In this document: one piece after another, positions 17,444-28,348 of the stretch
How positions within the stretch are numbered: the first letter of the stretch is position 1
Layout: each line of letters begins with the position of its first letter
DNA from: an uncultured virus (IMG/VR IMGVR_UViG_3300028048_001320)
Taxonomy: Duplodnaviria > Heunggongvirae > Uroviricota > Caudoviricetes
Virus record (IMG/VR): IMGVR_UViG_3300028048_001320
DNA: 64,000 nucleotides
Strand: one strand, 5' to 3'
The notes under the pieces: model-generated
Databases searched by the model: none
What the model saw: only the letters and a program-made list of their open reading frames with translations
Told to the model about the DNA's origin: nothing
Made by a program: the position numbers and the translations under genes

Positions 17444-19126
17444 ATGGCAAAGAAAAGACCGTGGGGCAATTTAAAACAAGTAAAGAATAGAGATTGGACT
17501 GATTCTTATGAATTATATTCACAAGCACCTAATTTTTACTCTGGTTATTATTATATCCATAAACATAAAGAGAATATTGGTAGAATGGGACTTCAAAAGG
17601 CAGAAACGGATTCAAGCTTAACGGAATTATTTAATAGTTATAAGTATGGGAAAGATGCGATATTATCTAATACTTTAACAAATCAATATTTATCATTAAT
17701 GTATGCTGCATCTCCAGATTTAGTAGATTTAGTAAATGAAGCTTTAAATCCTGAAAATTCTGCTCAAAATATTTTAGATAGAATTCAAAGTGCTTTACAA
17801 CAAGGATTTGAAGACCAATTTACACCAAATAAAATTATTCAGATGTTAAATATTGAAAAAGATACTAACTGGACTATTTCAAGTAGAAATAAAAAAAATA
17901 ATAATGCTGATGCTATTGCATTAATGAAGATGTTGAGTCAAGATGATGCAAGTAAAGCTAAACAAGGTTTTGCATTTTTAGATGAAATATTAACAGGTAT
18001 GACAGAGGCTGTTCAATTATTAAATTCAGAAGAAGGTGCCGCTTTAGTTAGTGTGTTATCGAATATGATAAGAAAAAGACATTATTCTATTCAAAGTTTA
18101 GGTAAAGATTTTCATAGAATATTAGATAGTTTCGTTAAACATCATAATGGAGATACAATTAATGGGGCTGATGCATTAAAAGCTGTTCAACTAATGTTAC
18201 CTATTGCCGAAGCTCTAGAAACAGGAGTAACGAAGAAGGGTAAAAAATTATCTTTAGATAGCTTACAAGGTTTAGTACAGAAACAATTTTATTCAATGTT
18301 AGCTGAAATATTTATTACTCATATACAAGAAGCTGCGCAAAATGCAGCTGTTAAATATATTGTAGATTCTGTAAATGATATTAATAATGGTGCAGGTACT
18401 GATGAAGTAGAAATATTAGTAACCAATCCTGATGGAACGTATCCCGAGGGAGCATCTACTTTAAATGATGGAGAAAAAAAATATGGTAAAGCAGATGCTA
18501 AATTTAATAATGTACAAGTAAGTACTGAAATTGTTACAGGTAGAGATGATGGATATTTTAAAATGTCTGTTGGTATTAGTAATAAAGCATATATTACTAA
18601 TCATATAGGTGAAGGTAGCTTAAAGAAGTTTAGTGTTTATTCTCTTGGTGGTGGTATGACTATTGGTAATGCTTTATCTTTATTATTAGGCACAAATGGA
18701 CATATACGAGAAAGATATTTGGCATATAATATCTTTTCACATTCACAAGAAGAACTTCCTTCAGCTTTAAATGCTTTACAAGATACTTTATTAACAAGGA
18801 GTATTATTTATTTAGCTGGTGCAAGAGGTAAGGATGACTTTGCACAATTCATGTTATTAAATGGAGAATTATTATCTGTATGGGATATTGTTAAATTTGC
18901 AATGAGTAATGATATTGGTCGTTCTAGTTCGCAACAAGGGCATAATAATTCTGGAATTTATTTATCTATTCCAAATAGAAAAACAATTTTAAATTATGCG
19001 AAAAGTAGATTTTGGGCTAGAAGAGTTGTTAAGACTAACGTTACTATTACTAATGCAGCAATGAAAGCTCATATTGTACCTAAACAAATTATTGAATATG
19101 CTAGTGCTAATATGCCAAAAACTTGA
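17444..19126 (+). CDS. hypothetical protein (560 aa)
   Basis: ORF track 17384..19126; start moved to the ATG at 17444 (MAKKRPW) after AAGGAGGTG. Confidence 0.8.
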   Translation: MAKKRPWGNLKQVKNRDWTDSYELYSQAPNFYSGYYYIHKHKENIGRMGLQKAETDSSLTELFNSYKYGKDAILSNTLTNQYLSLMYAASPDLVDLVNEALNPENSAQNILDRIQSALQQGFEDQFTPNKIIQMLNIEKDTNWTISSRNKKNNNADAIALMKMLSQDDASKAKQGFAFLDEILTGMTEAVQLLNSEEGAALVSVLSNMIRKRHYSIQSLGKDFHRILDSFVKHHNGDTINGADALKAVQLMLPIAEALETGVTKKGKKLSLDSLQGLVQKQFYSMLAEIFITHIQEAAQNAAVKYIVDSVNDINNGAGTDEVEILVTNPDGTYPEGASTLNDGEKKYGKADAKFNNVQVSTEIVTGRDDGYFKMSVGISNKAYITNHIGEGSLKKFSVYSLGGGMTIGNALSLLLGTNGHIRERYLAYNIFSHSQEELPSALNALQDTLLTRSIIYLAGARGKDDFAQFMLLNGELLSVWDIVKFAMSNDIGRSSSQQGHNNSGIYLSIPNRKTILNYAKSRFWARRVVKTNVTITNAAMKAHIVPKQIIEYASANMPKT

Positions 19127-19151
19127 CTTTTCAAAAATTTTTTGATATAAT
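19123..19151 (+). promoter_or_regulatory. sigma-A promoter overlapping the upstream TGA stop
   Basis: TTGACT tttcaaaaattttttga TATAAT. Confidence 0.8.
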
Positions 19152-19181
19152 ATAAAAAAGAGTTAAAAGGAGAAAAAAATT

Positions 19182-19700
19182 ATGAAAGAAGTAGATTTTA
19201 AATCTTTAAATTTAAAGGTTAATGATTCAGTAAAAACTATTACTATTAATGGTATAGATATTGAAATTAAAAATTATCTCCCTATCGAAGATAAGATGGA
19301 TTTAATTCAAATAGCTTTACAGCAAGCTGAAAATGCAACAGGATATGATTCTATTCTTGTAGATATTTATTTCCATTTATATTTAGTATATTTTTATACA
19401 AATATCAAATTTACGGAAGAAGAAAAAGCAGAACCTCTTAAATTATTTGATATATTTGATAGTAATAATATTATTTCTATAGTAGCATCTTCCATTCCAT
19501 CTACTGAATTTGAAGATATGAAAGATTATATATATAATCAACTTGAAAACAATATTAAGTTTAAAACTTCACTAATTTATATATTAAATATTTTAATGGA
19601 TAAAATTAAAGATGCTACAAAATATTTAAATGATGTAGATTACGAAAAAATTGCAGAAATAATTAAAACTAATTTTGTCGAGAACGGCGACAATATCTAG
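19182..19700 (+). CDS. hypothetical protein (tail assembly chaperone position)
   Basis: Immediately upstream of the tape measure gene; SD AAAGGAG. Confidence 0.6.
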   Translation: MKEVDFKSLNLKVNDSVKTITINGIDIEIKNYLPIEDKMDLIQIALQQAENATGYDSILVDIYFHLYLVYFYTNIKFTEEEKAEPLKLFDIFDSNNIISIVASSIPSTEFEDMKDYIYNQLENNIKFKTSLIYILNILMDKIKDATKYLNDVDYEKIAEIIKTNFVENGDNI

Positions 19701-19769
19701 TTTAAATATAGTTTGTTTTATGGATAGAAAAATAGATGGGGGACAAATGAGCGAGAAGTATATTCATAA

Positions 19770-19824
19770 GGACAGATTAGGTTAAATAAATTGCTCTTAT
19801 TATTATATATAATAAGAGCAATTT
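19770..19824 (+). promoter_or_regulatory. putative late promoter overlapped by a 16-bp stem-loop
   Basis: GGACAGATTAGGTTAAATAAATTGCTCTTATTATTATATA; stem 19788-19803/19809-19824. Confidence 0.6.
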
Positions 19825-19883
19825 TTTATTTGCGAAAATAATATTTTTATATAGATATTTTTGAAAAAGGAGGTAAAAGGATA

Positions 19884-22800
19884 ATGGCTACTAATGGTGG
19901 TAGAATAGACTGGACTATTGGGTTTAAACTTGATAAGAATGGTATCGAAGGTGCTAAGCAAGCTTTAAAAGAAATTCAAAAATTAACAGTAGATGATTTA
20001 GTAAAAATTGATAATAAACAATTTGGTAAATATACTTCATCATTAAATAACACTTTAAATACTCTTAATAAATTAAAAACTTCAGCTGGCGAACTTCAAC
20101 AAGCATTTAACAAGGCTTTTAATCCATTAACAGGACAAACTAATTTAGTTAAATTAAATCAATATTTAAATCCAGCGACAATAAATGCTTTTGCTACGGA
20201 ATGTCAAAAACTTGGTACAGTAGGTCAGCAAGCGTTTTTAAAATTTTCTACTGGAGCTTTAACAGCTAATACTCAGTTCACTAAAACAAAAAGTCTTTTA
20301 GACTCTATGGGAGAGACTTTAGCAAATACTTTAAAATGGAGTCTTTCATCAAGTTTTATTAATAGATTTGTTGGTTCTTTTCAGCAAGCCTATGGGTATG
20401 TTCAACATTTGGACACTTCATTAAATGATATTCGTATAGTAACCGGTAAATCTGCTGATGAGATGGATAGATTTGCAGTAAAAGCAAATACTGCAGCACT
20501 GGCTTTAGGTCAAGCTACAACAGATTATACAGAAGCTGCTCTTATTTACTATCAACAGGGTTTAAATGATGAAGAAGTTGCTGCAAGAGCAGAAACTACT
20601 TTAAAGGCTGCTAACGTAACTGGACAGAGTACAAGAGAAGTATCAGAACAATTAACAGCTGTATGGAATGGTTATCAGGTAAGTGCTGAAAATACTGAAG
20701 AAGCTGTAGATAAATTAGCAGCAGTTGCTGCAACAACCGCAGCAGACCTTGAGGAATTGTCTACAGGTATGTCTAAAGTTGCGGCTGCCGCAAACTCAAT
20801 GGGCGTAGATATGGATCAATTAAATGCTACTATAGCTACTATTGAATCCGTTACTCGTCAAGCTCCTGAGTCAGTAGGTACTGCTTTAAAGACTATCTAT
20901 GCTCGTATGGGTGATTTACAATTAGGTGGAGTAGATGAAGATGACATTACTTTAGGTAAAGTATCTGGTACTCTTGAAGAAGTAGGTATCCATATTCTTG
21001 ATGTAAATGGTAATTTACGAGATATGGGTGTTGTTATAGAAGAAATTGGTGAAAAATGGGATACCTGGACTAAAGCTCAACAAACAGCTATTGCTGAAGC
21101 TGTAGCGGGTAAACGTCAATATAATAATCTTTTTGCTTTATTTGATAACTGGGATATGTATAATAAAGCTCTTGAAACTTCACGTGAATCAACTGGAACA
21201 TTACAACAACAACAAGATATTTATATGGAGTCAACAGCTGCGCATATTCAAAAATTAAAGACTCAGTGGGAAGATTTTTATGATTCTTTATTAGATTCTG
21301 ATACTATTAACGATGTTTTAGATGGATTAACAAAGGTAGCGGCATTATTTACTCAATTTATAGATAGTATAGGTGGCGGTAAAAATGCTATATTAATGCT
21401 TGGTTCTACTTTAACATCAGTATTTTCAAAACAACTTGGTACAGAAATAGGAAATCTTATATTAAGATTTCAAGATGCAAAAGAGGCTTCTCAACAATTA
21501 ACTGGTCAGCTACAAATATTAGAAAAAATTAAAGCTAGTGAAGGAATGAATTTTGCTGGTACAGAAGCTTTAACAGAATCTTATGAAAAAATTGCAAAAT
21601 ATTATGATGTTTTAGACCAGGAAGGTATTCGTCAGGCAAATAATTTAGCTACGCAAGTAGCTGAAGCAAGACAGCTTGAATCAGAATATGAACAATTAGC
21701 TTTAGCTGCTAATAAATATACTAAAAGTAATCAAAATAGTGGTTCACAAAATGATTTTCAACAAAATATCAATGATGATAATGATAATCTTGAAAAAATG
21801 ACAAGCTCATTTTTAAATATGAGTGGTGATGTAGCCGCCGTTTTTGAATCAATTGAAGAAGATACAAAGACATATAATGAAAATATTCAAGGTGCTACTC
21901 TTTCAACAGACGAATTCTTTAAACAATTTAAACAAGATATTAATCAATTTAAAGATAAAAAAGGAAATCTACCATTTGATAGTATTGCACGTTATGATGG
22001 ATTTGTTGACAATGCTAAAAAAATGAGGAGCGCCATTAATAGTCTTTCAACAGGATTTAAAGAAGCAAATCCAAATATTCAAGAATTTGATAAAATTTTT
22101 CAAAGGATTGAACAAGCTAGTACAATAGATGAATTAAGTGATAGTTTTAAAGATTTAGAAGAAGCTTATTCAGATAGTTCTAGTGGATTTAAAGAATTTT
22201 TAGTAGGATTAGAAAAAGCTGTTAATGATATGGGAGATGCTTCTGTTGCTGCAGAAGCTGCAGATACTGCTTTAGACAATTTCTTAGATAGACAAAGAGT
22301 AATAGCTCAAGCTCAAGCATGGACACAATTAACATCTGGAGTTATACAATATTTTACAGCAATTAATTCATTATCTAATATTGGTGAGGTTATTACAGAT
22401 AAAGATTTAAGTGCAGGACAAAAATTTAAACAAATTTTATCATCTTTACTTTTTACTCTTCCAATGTTAAGTCAGGGAGTCCAAAGTGTAGTAAGAAGTG
22501 TAAAGGTATTAACTGGGCAAGAAACTTTAGCAGCTGCCGTAACGACAATTTGGACTAAAGCTACCGCAGGTCTTAGTCTTTCTATAGGTGGATTAATTAC
22601 ATTATTGAAAAGACTTGGTACAGCTATTGCTAGTATTTCTGCAGTGGGTGCTATTATAGGTATTACAACTGTAGCTATTGTAGGTCTTTCAGCTGCATTT
22701 AGTAGTTATAAAAAACATTTAGAAAATGTAGCAGAAGCAGAAAGAGAAAATTTAAAATTACAAAAAGAAAAACTTGATAAGACAAAACAAGAAGAAGAAG

Positions 22801-25800
22801 CAATTAATGATTTAGCTAAGTCTTATGAAGAATTAAAAAATCAAAGAGATGAAGATAATAAATTTTCTTTAGACCAAGAAAAGCAAGTTTATGATTTAAT
22901 TAGAGCTTATAATGACCAACATATGATTATACAAGCGCTGAAAAAAGATTATGAAGGTCTTGAAAAGAGTATTAGAGAAGCGCAAGCCGCAGCAAATGAA
23001 TCAACAAAAGAAGAAGCTCAGAAAACTCAAATACAAGCTGGCGAATCATTAATAACTGATATTAAAGCTAACGCTGGTGTAACAGAAAGGGATTCTGGAT
23101 TTGACCTTTCTGGATTAGGTGGTCTTTATAAACATCAAGATTTTAGACGAGATTTACAAGAATTAATTGACGCAGAAGAAGATGTTATTGATGCTTCTGG
23201 TCATATAACTTATGATGCTTTAACTCAATTATTAACTGCTGATTCAGAAGCTTTAAATGACTTTTTAAATAAATATGATGATTTAGCAGCGGTTACTCAA
23301 ATAAGAAAATTATTAAGTGAAAATAGAGACAGTATTCAAGAATATAAAAATGCTGTTGAAGATATTAAACAAGCTACTTTAAAAGAAATTGGTTATAATA
23401 AAACTGATGATATTGAAAACATTAATAACTTTACAGATTATGAATTAATGTTAGATTCTTTGGCTCAAGAAGCGGAAGCGGCTGGAGAAGAGGATGGCCG
23501 CACATGGGCGAAGAATTTTTTACTTGGATATAATGAAGAATTTACATCATATGACCAAAAAGATGCAATCGTTTCTTCTATTAATAATTTACTTGAAGAT
23601 ATTGGCGGAGACATTGACACAAGTAAAATTATTAATGCTTTATCTAATTTAGATGAAAGTGAATTATCTTATGTTGCATCTCATATTAATTTATTTGCAA
23701 CTTTAATATCAGAAGGAAAAGATTTACAAAATGTTTTAGCCGAAGTTCAAGCATCTTTAGATGTAGTAGAATCTCATGACCATGTTACAAAAATAGATAT
23801 TGTCTTAGGTGGAGATTTTAAAAATAATAAGGATGTTAATGAAGCTTTAGATTCTTTATTTATGGATGAGTCTTTTGATATTGGTTTGTCTCGTTCTGAG
23901 TTTGATAACTTATCTAAAGGAGATAAATATTTTGCTTTAATTCAAGCTAAACAGCAAGAGATTAATCAAATTCAAAATTTAACTCAACAAGAAAAAGATG
24001 AAATTGCAAAACAAGCAGATTTATTAGACCAAGAAATTACTAAATACACAGAAAAATTAGAAGAATTACAGACTAAAAAAGAAGAATATATAAATTCTCA
24101 TAGTGACAATGTAACGGATTTATTAGGATTATATGGATTTAATACAGCAGAATTAGATACAGATAAGATTGAAGAAGAATATAATCAATTATTTGAAAAA
24201 TTACAAGATATTTACCGAGAAGCAGAAACTCAAGGCAGAGATGGAATGACTGCAGTCACAGAGCAGTGGGAAGAAGTTCTTGAAGATTTCGCAGATAAAG
24301 ATATTCTTCATGATTTAGTCGAACAAATGACATTTGGATTTAAAGAAGATGAATGGAAAAATCTTATTGAAGGAGCAGGCTTTAAAGAAAATAAATGGAA
24401 AAGTCTTACAAAAGGATTATCTCCATATGATAAAGAAATTCAAGATGTCCAATCTCATTTAGATAATTTAAATGATGAACAAAAAGAAGTTACTGATACT
24501 GCTATTGATTATGTTCAAGCTGTAGCAAATATAAAGTCTGGTATTGCAGAGCTTAATAAAGATATTGATAGCTTGCAATCTTCTTATCAATCACTTCAAG
24601 CAGTGATGGAAGAATATAATGAATCTGGAACTCTTTCTCTTGATAATTTACAAAAATTGTTAGAGATGGACGATTCCTATGTAGCAGCATTAGAAATTGA
24701 AAATGGTCAAATGACATTAAATGAAGAGCTTATGCATCAAATGGCAGAAGCTAAACTTCAACAAGCAAGAGTTGAAGCTACTGAATTATACATAAATGAG
24801 CTTGCGGCTATTGCAAAAAATGAAAATGTAATAGCATCTCAAAATATGTATAACGGTGATATGCTGAGTGTAGAAGGAATTGAACAAGTTATTGATGCGG
24901 CTGGACGCGGTGTTGATGCATTAATGCAATATAAAAATGCTAAAGACGCTGCAGCAGTTAATTTTGAAGCGACTAAACAAGCTACTCAAGCATATTATAA
25001 TCGTATGCAATTAATTGATTCAGTTGCCGCCCAACCTACTAGTCAACTTCTTGGAAAAGCAGATAAATCAAGTAGTAAATCTTCAGGTTCTGGTAGTACA
25101 AAAGAACCAAAAGAAGAAAAACATCTTGAACGCGAAGAAGATATTTTCCGTACTATAAATGAAGAGCTTGAGCAAATTGAAGCTACTCTTGGACGTATTC
25201 AAACTATTAATGACCATGAGTGGGGTATTGACGCACAGAAAACTCTTGAAGAAGAAAATAAACTTCTTGATGCTCAATTAGAAAAACTTCAGGAAAAGAA
25301 AGCTTTACATGAGCAAGATTTATCTGTTAGACGTAAGCAACTGGAAGATGTTGGAGTGAATTTTTCTGATGACGGTAGCGCAATGCTTAATGCGGAAGCT
25401 AAATTAAATGAGTATTATGCTCATTATAATGCTATGGTTGATACCTACAATGCTATGTCTGCCGCAGAGCAAGAAACTTACAAATCTCAACTTGAAGCTG
25501 AAAAAGATAGAATAGATAAAATCGAAGGTAAAATTGATGATTATGAAAGTGCATTTTCTGATTATCAATCTACTCTTGATGAATTACTTGATGCTCATTA
25601 TGCAGAAATTGAAAATGAGATTAAGTTATTCAACAATATGATTGATGTTCATCTTGAACTTAATGATGCCGAGAAAGAATGGAATGATTTTTGGTACGAT
25701 GTAGTTCAAGATGTTGAAGATACTGACTTTGGCGGTAAGATTGCTAAAAGTATGGGCAAATTAAAAACTTTAGTTGGTGGAATCGACAGTGATGTTTCTA

Positions 25801-28229
25801 CATTAACTAAACACCTTAGTGATACTGTTGTGCAAGTACAAGCTCAAATTGCAAGTGCAAATCGCGGAGGAGAAGACAGTCTTTTTGGTGATGATACTGT
25901 CGCATCAAAAGAGAATCTTGAAAATTATAGAGATAAATTAATGGAGGCATTAACCGATGCTAAAGAAGAAGTAGATAATATTTCAGAAATTTATCTTCAA
26001 ATGCTTGATGATGCTCAAGATAAAATTGATAAGCAAGTTGATGGTTGGGAAAGTATTGGAGACCATATTGAACATGATGTTGAATTAATTAAATTAATTA
26101 GTGGTGATAAGGCTTTTGAGCCTATAAATAGATTATTAGAACAGCAACAGAAAAATGATTTAGATTTAATTAACACTCAAAAACAATCACAAGATTTTTG
26201 GGAGCAGCAAATTAATAGATATTCTAAATTATTAGAAACAACTGAAGAAGGCACTGTTCAATGGAAAACTTATAGTCAAGCTTTAGAAAAAGCAAGTGAA
26301 AATTATAGAAAAGCAGTTAATGATTTAGATAAGACTGTTGAAGAAGCATTAGAACATCTTGAAGAATGGCGCAAAAATCAAGTTAATTCTATTGAAACTG
26401 CTCTTGATAATGCTATGTCTGGTAAACTTGGACTTGATTTAGTAGAGCAAGAATGGAAATTAATAAATGAACATGCTGACCGTTATCTTGATAATGTTGA
26501 GCGTGCATTAGATATGGAAGAATATGCAAATGAATTGGATGAAGCGGCAAATGCAACTGGCTTAACAGCAGTTAATCAAGAGAAACTTAATAAATTTAGA
26601 GATGAAGAATTAAGAAAACTTAATGCTAAAGAAAAATTAACTGCATATGATATTGAAGAATCTAGGGCAAGACTTGAAATTCTTAAACAACAAATTGCGC
26701 TTGAAGATGCTCAAAACAATAAGAGTAATATGCGTTTAAGAAGAGATAATCAAGGCAATTATGTATATCAATATACTGGAAATGATGAGGCGGAGGATGA
26801 AGCTGAAAAAGGTGGATTAACCGCACGCCGCGAATGGTATGAACTTGTTAAGAAAAGATATAAAGATACTTCAGACTGGATTTTAAATCTTGAAAAACAA
26901 CAATCAGAATTATTAGCTCAAATAGATGAAGCTGAAAAGAATGGTGAGACAGAAAGAGCTAATAAACTTAAAGAAATGTATCAAATCAATGAACAGGCTA
27001 TTGTAGATGCATATGCTGAAGCAGAAAAAAATAAAAGAGATTTGTATTATGGTACAGCTTTATATTTTGATTATGTTAATAATGCAGAGATTTTACCAAC
27101 TTCTGAAGCTACTGTTAGACAGTTAATTGACCAATGGATTGGTGGAGAAGGTAAGGCTGGTTTTATATCATCGGTAAAAGAAGCTGTTGTTCAATTAGAT
27201 ACAGTTCAAGAAAATTATGTTGTTAAAACTAAACAAGTTTTAGAAGAAGCTGGTATCGCTTATGAATCATTAAGAGATAATGGTGTAGACCCAACTACTG
27301 AAAGTCTTGAAAATCTTGTTGAAACTAATGAAGAATTAGAATTTGTATTAGAAAATGTTAATGACCAGTTAGATGAGCAAGAAAGGAATTTAAGAGATTG
27401 TGAAGATGCTTATCGCTCATTAGAATATGCTGCTGTTGAAGCGATACAAGCAGCTAATGCAGCACTTAGAACATTAGCGCAAACCGCAATCCAAACTGTT
27501 CAGGCAGTACAAGCCGCAGTTCAAGCAGCTCAATCAGCTACTGCTATTGCTAGTAGTATGGCTAGAAATATTGGTAATAGTGGCGGTAGCGGTGGAGGTT
27601 CTGGTGGAGCTGGAGCAGGAAGTAAAAAAGCTACTGCTAGTAAACAAAATGCTTATGTAACAAGAAATGGTGTTGGCGGTTATAAATTAGTAAATAGTTC
27701 AACAGGTCAAGCTATGGAATATTGGTCTGGACAATCAAAAACTTCTGGTTTGCCTGATAATGAAGAGGCTCTTGATTATTTTAAGAGAAAATATCAAAAT
27801 TTATCAATTAGTTATTTAAGTTATATGTCAGGATTTGCTACTGGTGGCTATACTGGCGCCTGGGGTAAAGATGGTAAATTAGCGGTACTTCATGAAAAAG
27901 AACTTGTATTAAATAAAGAGGATACAGCTAATATTTTACAAGCTGTTTCAGCTATTAGAAGTATTACAGGAAGTAATTCACAATTAAGTAATGCTATTTT
28001 AAAATCAGGTAATGTACAAGCACATATGTTATCACAAGTTAGTTCTGGTATTATGAGTGGATTTGATAATATTAATACAAATAACTCTACTTCAAATAGT
28101 ATGGTTATTAATGCAGATTTTAGCGGTGTTAATAGTGCAGATGAAATTTATCAAGCTTTACTTGAACTTCAAAATTATGGATTACAACAGAACTACTCTG
28201 TTGCTCCTCATATTAATATGTCTTATTAA
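19884..28229 (+). CDS. tape measure protein
   Basis: 2781 aa; TP901-type TMP core (DIRIVTGKSADEM...LTAVWNGY...VGTALKTIYAR...AGKRQ), long coiled coils, C-terminal GFATGGYTG...LAVLHEKELVLN. Confidence 0.92.
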   Translation: MATNGGRIDWTIGFKLDKNGIEGAKQALKEIQKLTVDDLVKIDNKQFGKYTSSLNNTLNTLNKLKTSAGELQQAFNKAFNPLTGQTNLVKLNQYLNPATINAFATECQKLGTVGQQAFLKFSTGALTANTQFTKTKSLLDSMGETLANTLKWSLSSSFINRFVGSFQQAYGYVQHLDTSLNDIRIVTGKSADEMDRFAVKANTAALALGQATTDYTEAALIYYQQGLNDEEVAARAETTLKAANVTGQSTREVSEQLTAVWNGYQVSAENTEEAVDKLAAVAATTAADLEELSTGMSKVAAAANSMGVDMDQLNATIATIESVTRQAPESVGTALKTIYARMGDLQLGGVDEDDITLGKVSGTLEEVGIHILDVNGNLRDMGVVIEEIGEKWDTWTKAQQTAIAEAVAGKRQYNNLFALFDNWDMYNKALETSRESTGTLQQQQDIYMESTAAHIQKLKTQWEDFYDSLLDSDTINDVLDGLTKVAALFTQFIDSIGGGKNAILMLGSTLTSVFSKQLGTEIGNLILRFQDAKEASQQLTGQLQILEKIKASEGMNFAGTEALTESYEKIAKYYDVLDQEGIRQANNLATQVAEARQLESEYEQLALAANKYTKSNQNSGSQNDFQQNINDDNDNLEKMTSSFLNMSGDVAAVFESIEEDTKTYNENIQGATLSTDEFFKQFKQDINQFKDKKGNLPFDSIARYDGFVDNAKKMRSAINSLSTGFKEANPNIQEFDKIFQRIEQASTIDELSDSFKDLEEAYSDSSSGFKEFLVGLEKAVNDMGDASVAAEAADTALDNFLDRQRVIAQAQAWTQLTSGVIQYFTAINSLSNIGEVITDKDLSAGQKFKQILSSLLFTLPMLSQGVQSVVRSVKVLTGQETLAAAVTTIWTKATAGLSLSIGGLITLLKRLGTAIASISAVGAIIGITTVAIVGLSAAFSSYKKHLENVAEAERENLKLQKEKLDKTKQEEEAINDLAKSYEELKNQRDEDNKFSLDQEKQVYDLIRAYNDQHMIIQALKKDYEGLEKSIREAQAAANESTKEEAQKTQIQAGESLITDIKANAGVTERDSGFDLSGLGGLYKHQDFRRDLQELIDAEEDVIDASGHITYDALTQLLTADSEALNDFLNKYDDLAAVTQIRKLLSENRDSIQEYKNAVEDIKQATLKEIGYNKTDDIENINNFTDYELMLDSLAQEAEAAGEEDGRTWAKNFLLGYNEEFTSYDQKDAIVSSINNLLEDIGGDIDTSKIINALSNLDESELSYVASHINLFATLISEGKDLQNVLAEVQASLDVVESHDHVTKIDIVLGGDFKNNKDVNEALDSLFMDESFDIGLSRSEFDNLSKGDKYFALIQAKQQEINQIQNLTQQEKDEIAKQADLLDQEITKYTEKLEELQTKKEEYINSHSDNVTDLLGLYGFNTAELDTDKIEEEYNQLFEKLQDIYREAETQGRDGMTAVTEQWEEVLEDFADKDILHDLVEQMTFGFKEDEWKNLIEGAGFKENKWKSLTKGLSPYDKEIQDVQSHLDNLNDEQKEVTDTAIDYVQAVANIKSGIAELNKDIDSLQSSYQSLQAVMEEYNESGTLSLDNLQKLLEMDDSYVAALEIENGQMTLNEELMHQMAEAKLQQARVEATELYINELAAIAKNENVIASQNMYNGDMLSVEGIEQVIDAAGRGVDALMQYKNAKDAAAVNFEATKQATQAYYNRMQLIDSVAAQPTSQLLGKADKSSSKSSGSGSTKEPKEEKHLEREEDIFRTINEELEQIEATLGRIQTINDHEWGIDAQKTLEEENKLLDAQLEKLQEKKALHEQDLSVRRKQLEDVGVNFSDDGSAMLNAEAKLNEYYAHYNAMVDTYNAMSAAEQETYKSQLEAEKDRIDKIEGKIDDYESAFSDYQSTLDELLDAHYAEIENEIKLFNNMIDVHLELNDAEKEWNDFWYDVVQDVEDTDFGGKIAKSMGKLKTLVGGIDSDVSTLTKHLSDTVVQVQAQIASANRGGEDSLFGDDTVASKENLENYRDKLMEALTDAKEEVDNISEIYLQMLDDAQDKIDKQVDGWESIGDHIEHDVELIKLISGDKAFEPINRLLEQQQKNDLDLINTQKQSQDFWEQQINRYSKLLETTEEGTVQWKTYSQALEKASENYRKAVNDLDKTVEEALEHLEEWRKNQVNSIETALDNAMSGKLGLDLVEQEWKLINEHADRYLDNVERALDMEEYANELDEAANATGLTAVNQEKLNKFRDEELRKLNAKEKLTAYDIEESRARLEILKQQIALEDAQNNKSNMRLRRDNQGNYVYQYTGNDEAEDEAEKGGLTARREWYELVKKRYKDTSDWILNLEKQQSELLAQIDEAEKNGETERANKLKEMYQINEQAIVDAYAEAEKNKRDLYYGTALYFDYVNNAEILPTSEATVRQLIDQWIGGEGKAGFISSVKEAVVQLDTVQENYVVKTKQVLEEAGIAYESLRDNGVDPTTESLENLVETNEELEFVLENVNDQLDEQERNLRDCEDAYRSLEYAAVEAIQAANAALRTLAQTAIQTVQAVQAAVQAAQSATAIASSMARNIGNSGGSGGGSGGAGAGSKKATASKQNAYVTRNGVGGYKLVNSSTGQAMEYWSGQSKTSGLPDNEEALDYFKRKYQNLSISYLSYMSGFATGGYTGAWGKDGKLAVLHEKELVLNKEDTANILQAVSAIRSITGSNSQLSNAILKSGNVQAHMLSQVSSGIMSGFDNINTNNSTSNSMVINADFSGVNSADEIYQALLELQNYGLQQNYSVAPHINMSY

Positions 28230-28234
28230 TATTA

Positions 28235-28274
28235 ATGCGGAGGTTGTATTAATGCAACCTCCGCATATTTTTTT
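28235..28274 (+). terminator. rho-independent terminator
   Basis: ATGCGGAGGTTGTA ttaa TGCAACCTCCGCAT ATTTTTTT. Confidence 0.85.
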
Positions 28275-28314
28275 GGACAGAATTAATTAATTTTTATTTA
28301 TTATTTTTTATATA
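28275..28314 (+). promoter_or_regulatory. putative late promoter
   Basis: GGACAGAATTAATTAATTTTTATTTATTATTTTTTATATA directly after the terminator. Confidence 0.65.
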
Positions 28315-28348
28315 TTTATATAAATGAGAAAAAAGGAGGATTGCTAAA

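Noticed and set aside
19600..19884. Programmed -1 frameshift of a tail assembly chaperone
   Set aside because: I saw no convincing slippery site with an extended open frame; the gap holds a promoter motif and a stem-loop instead.
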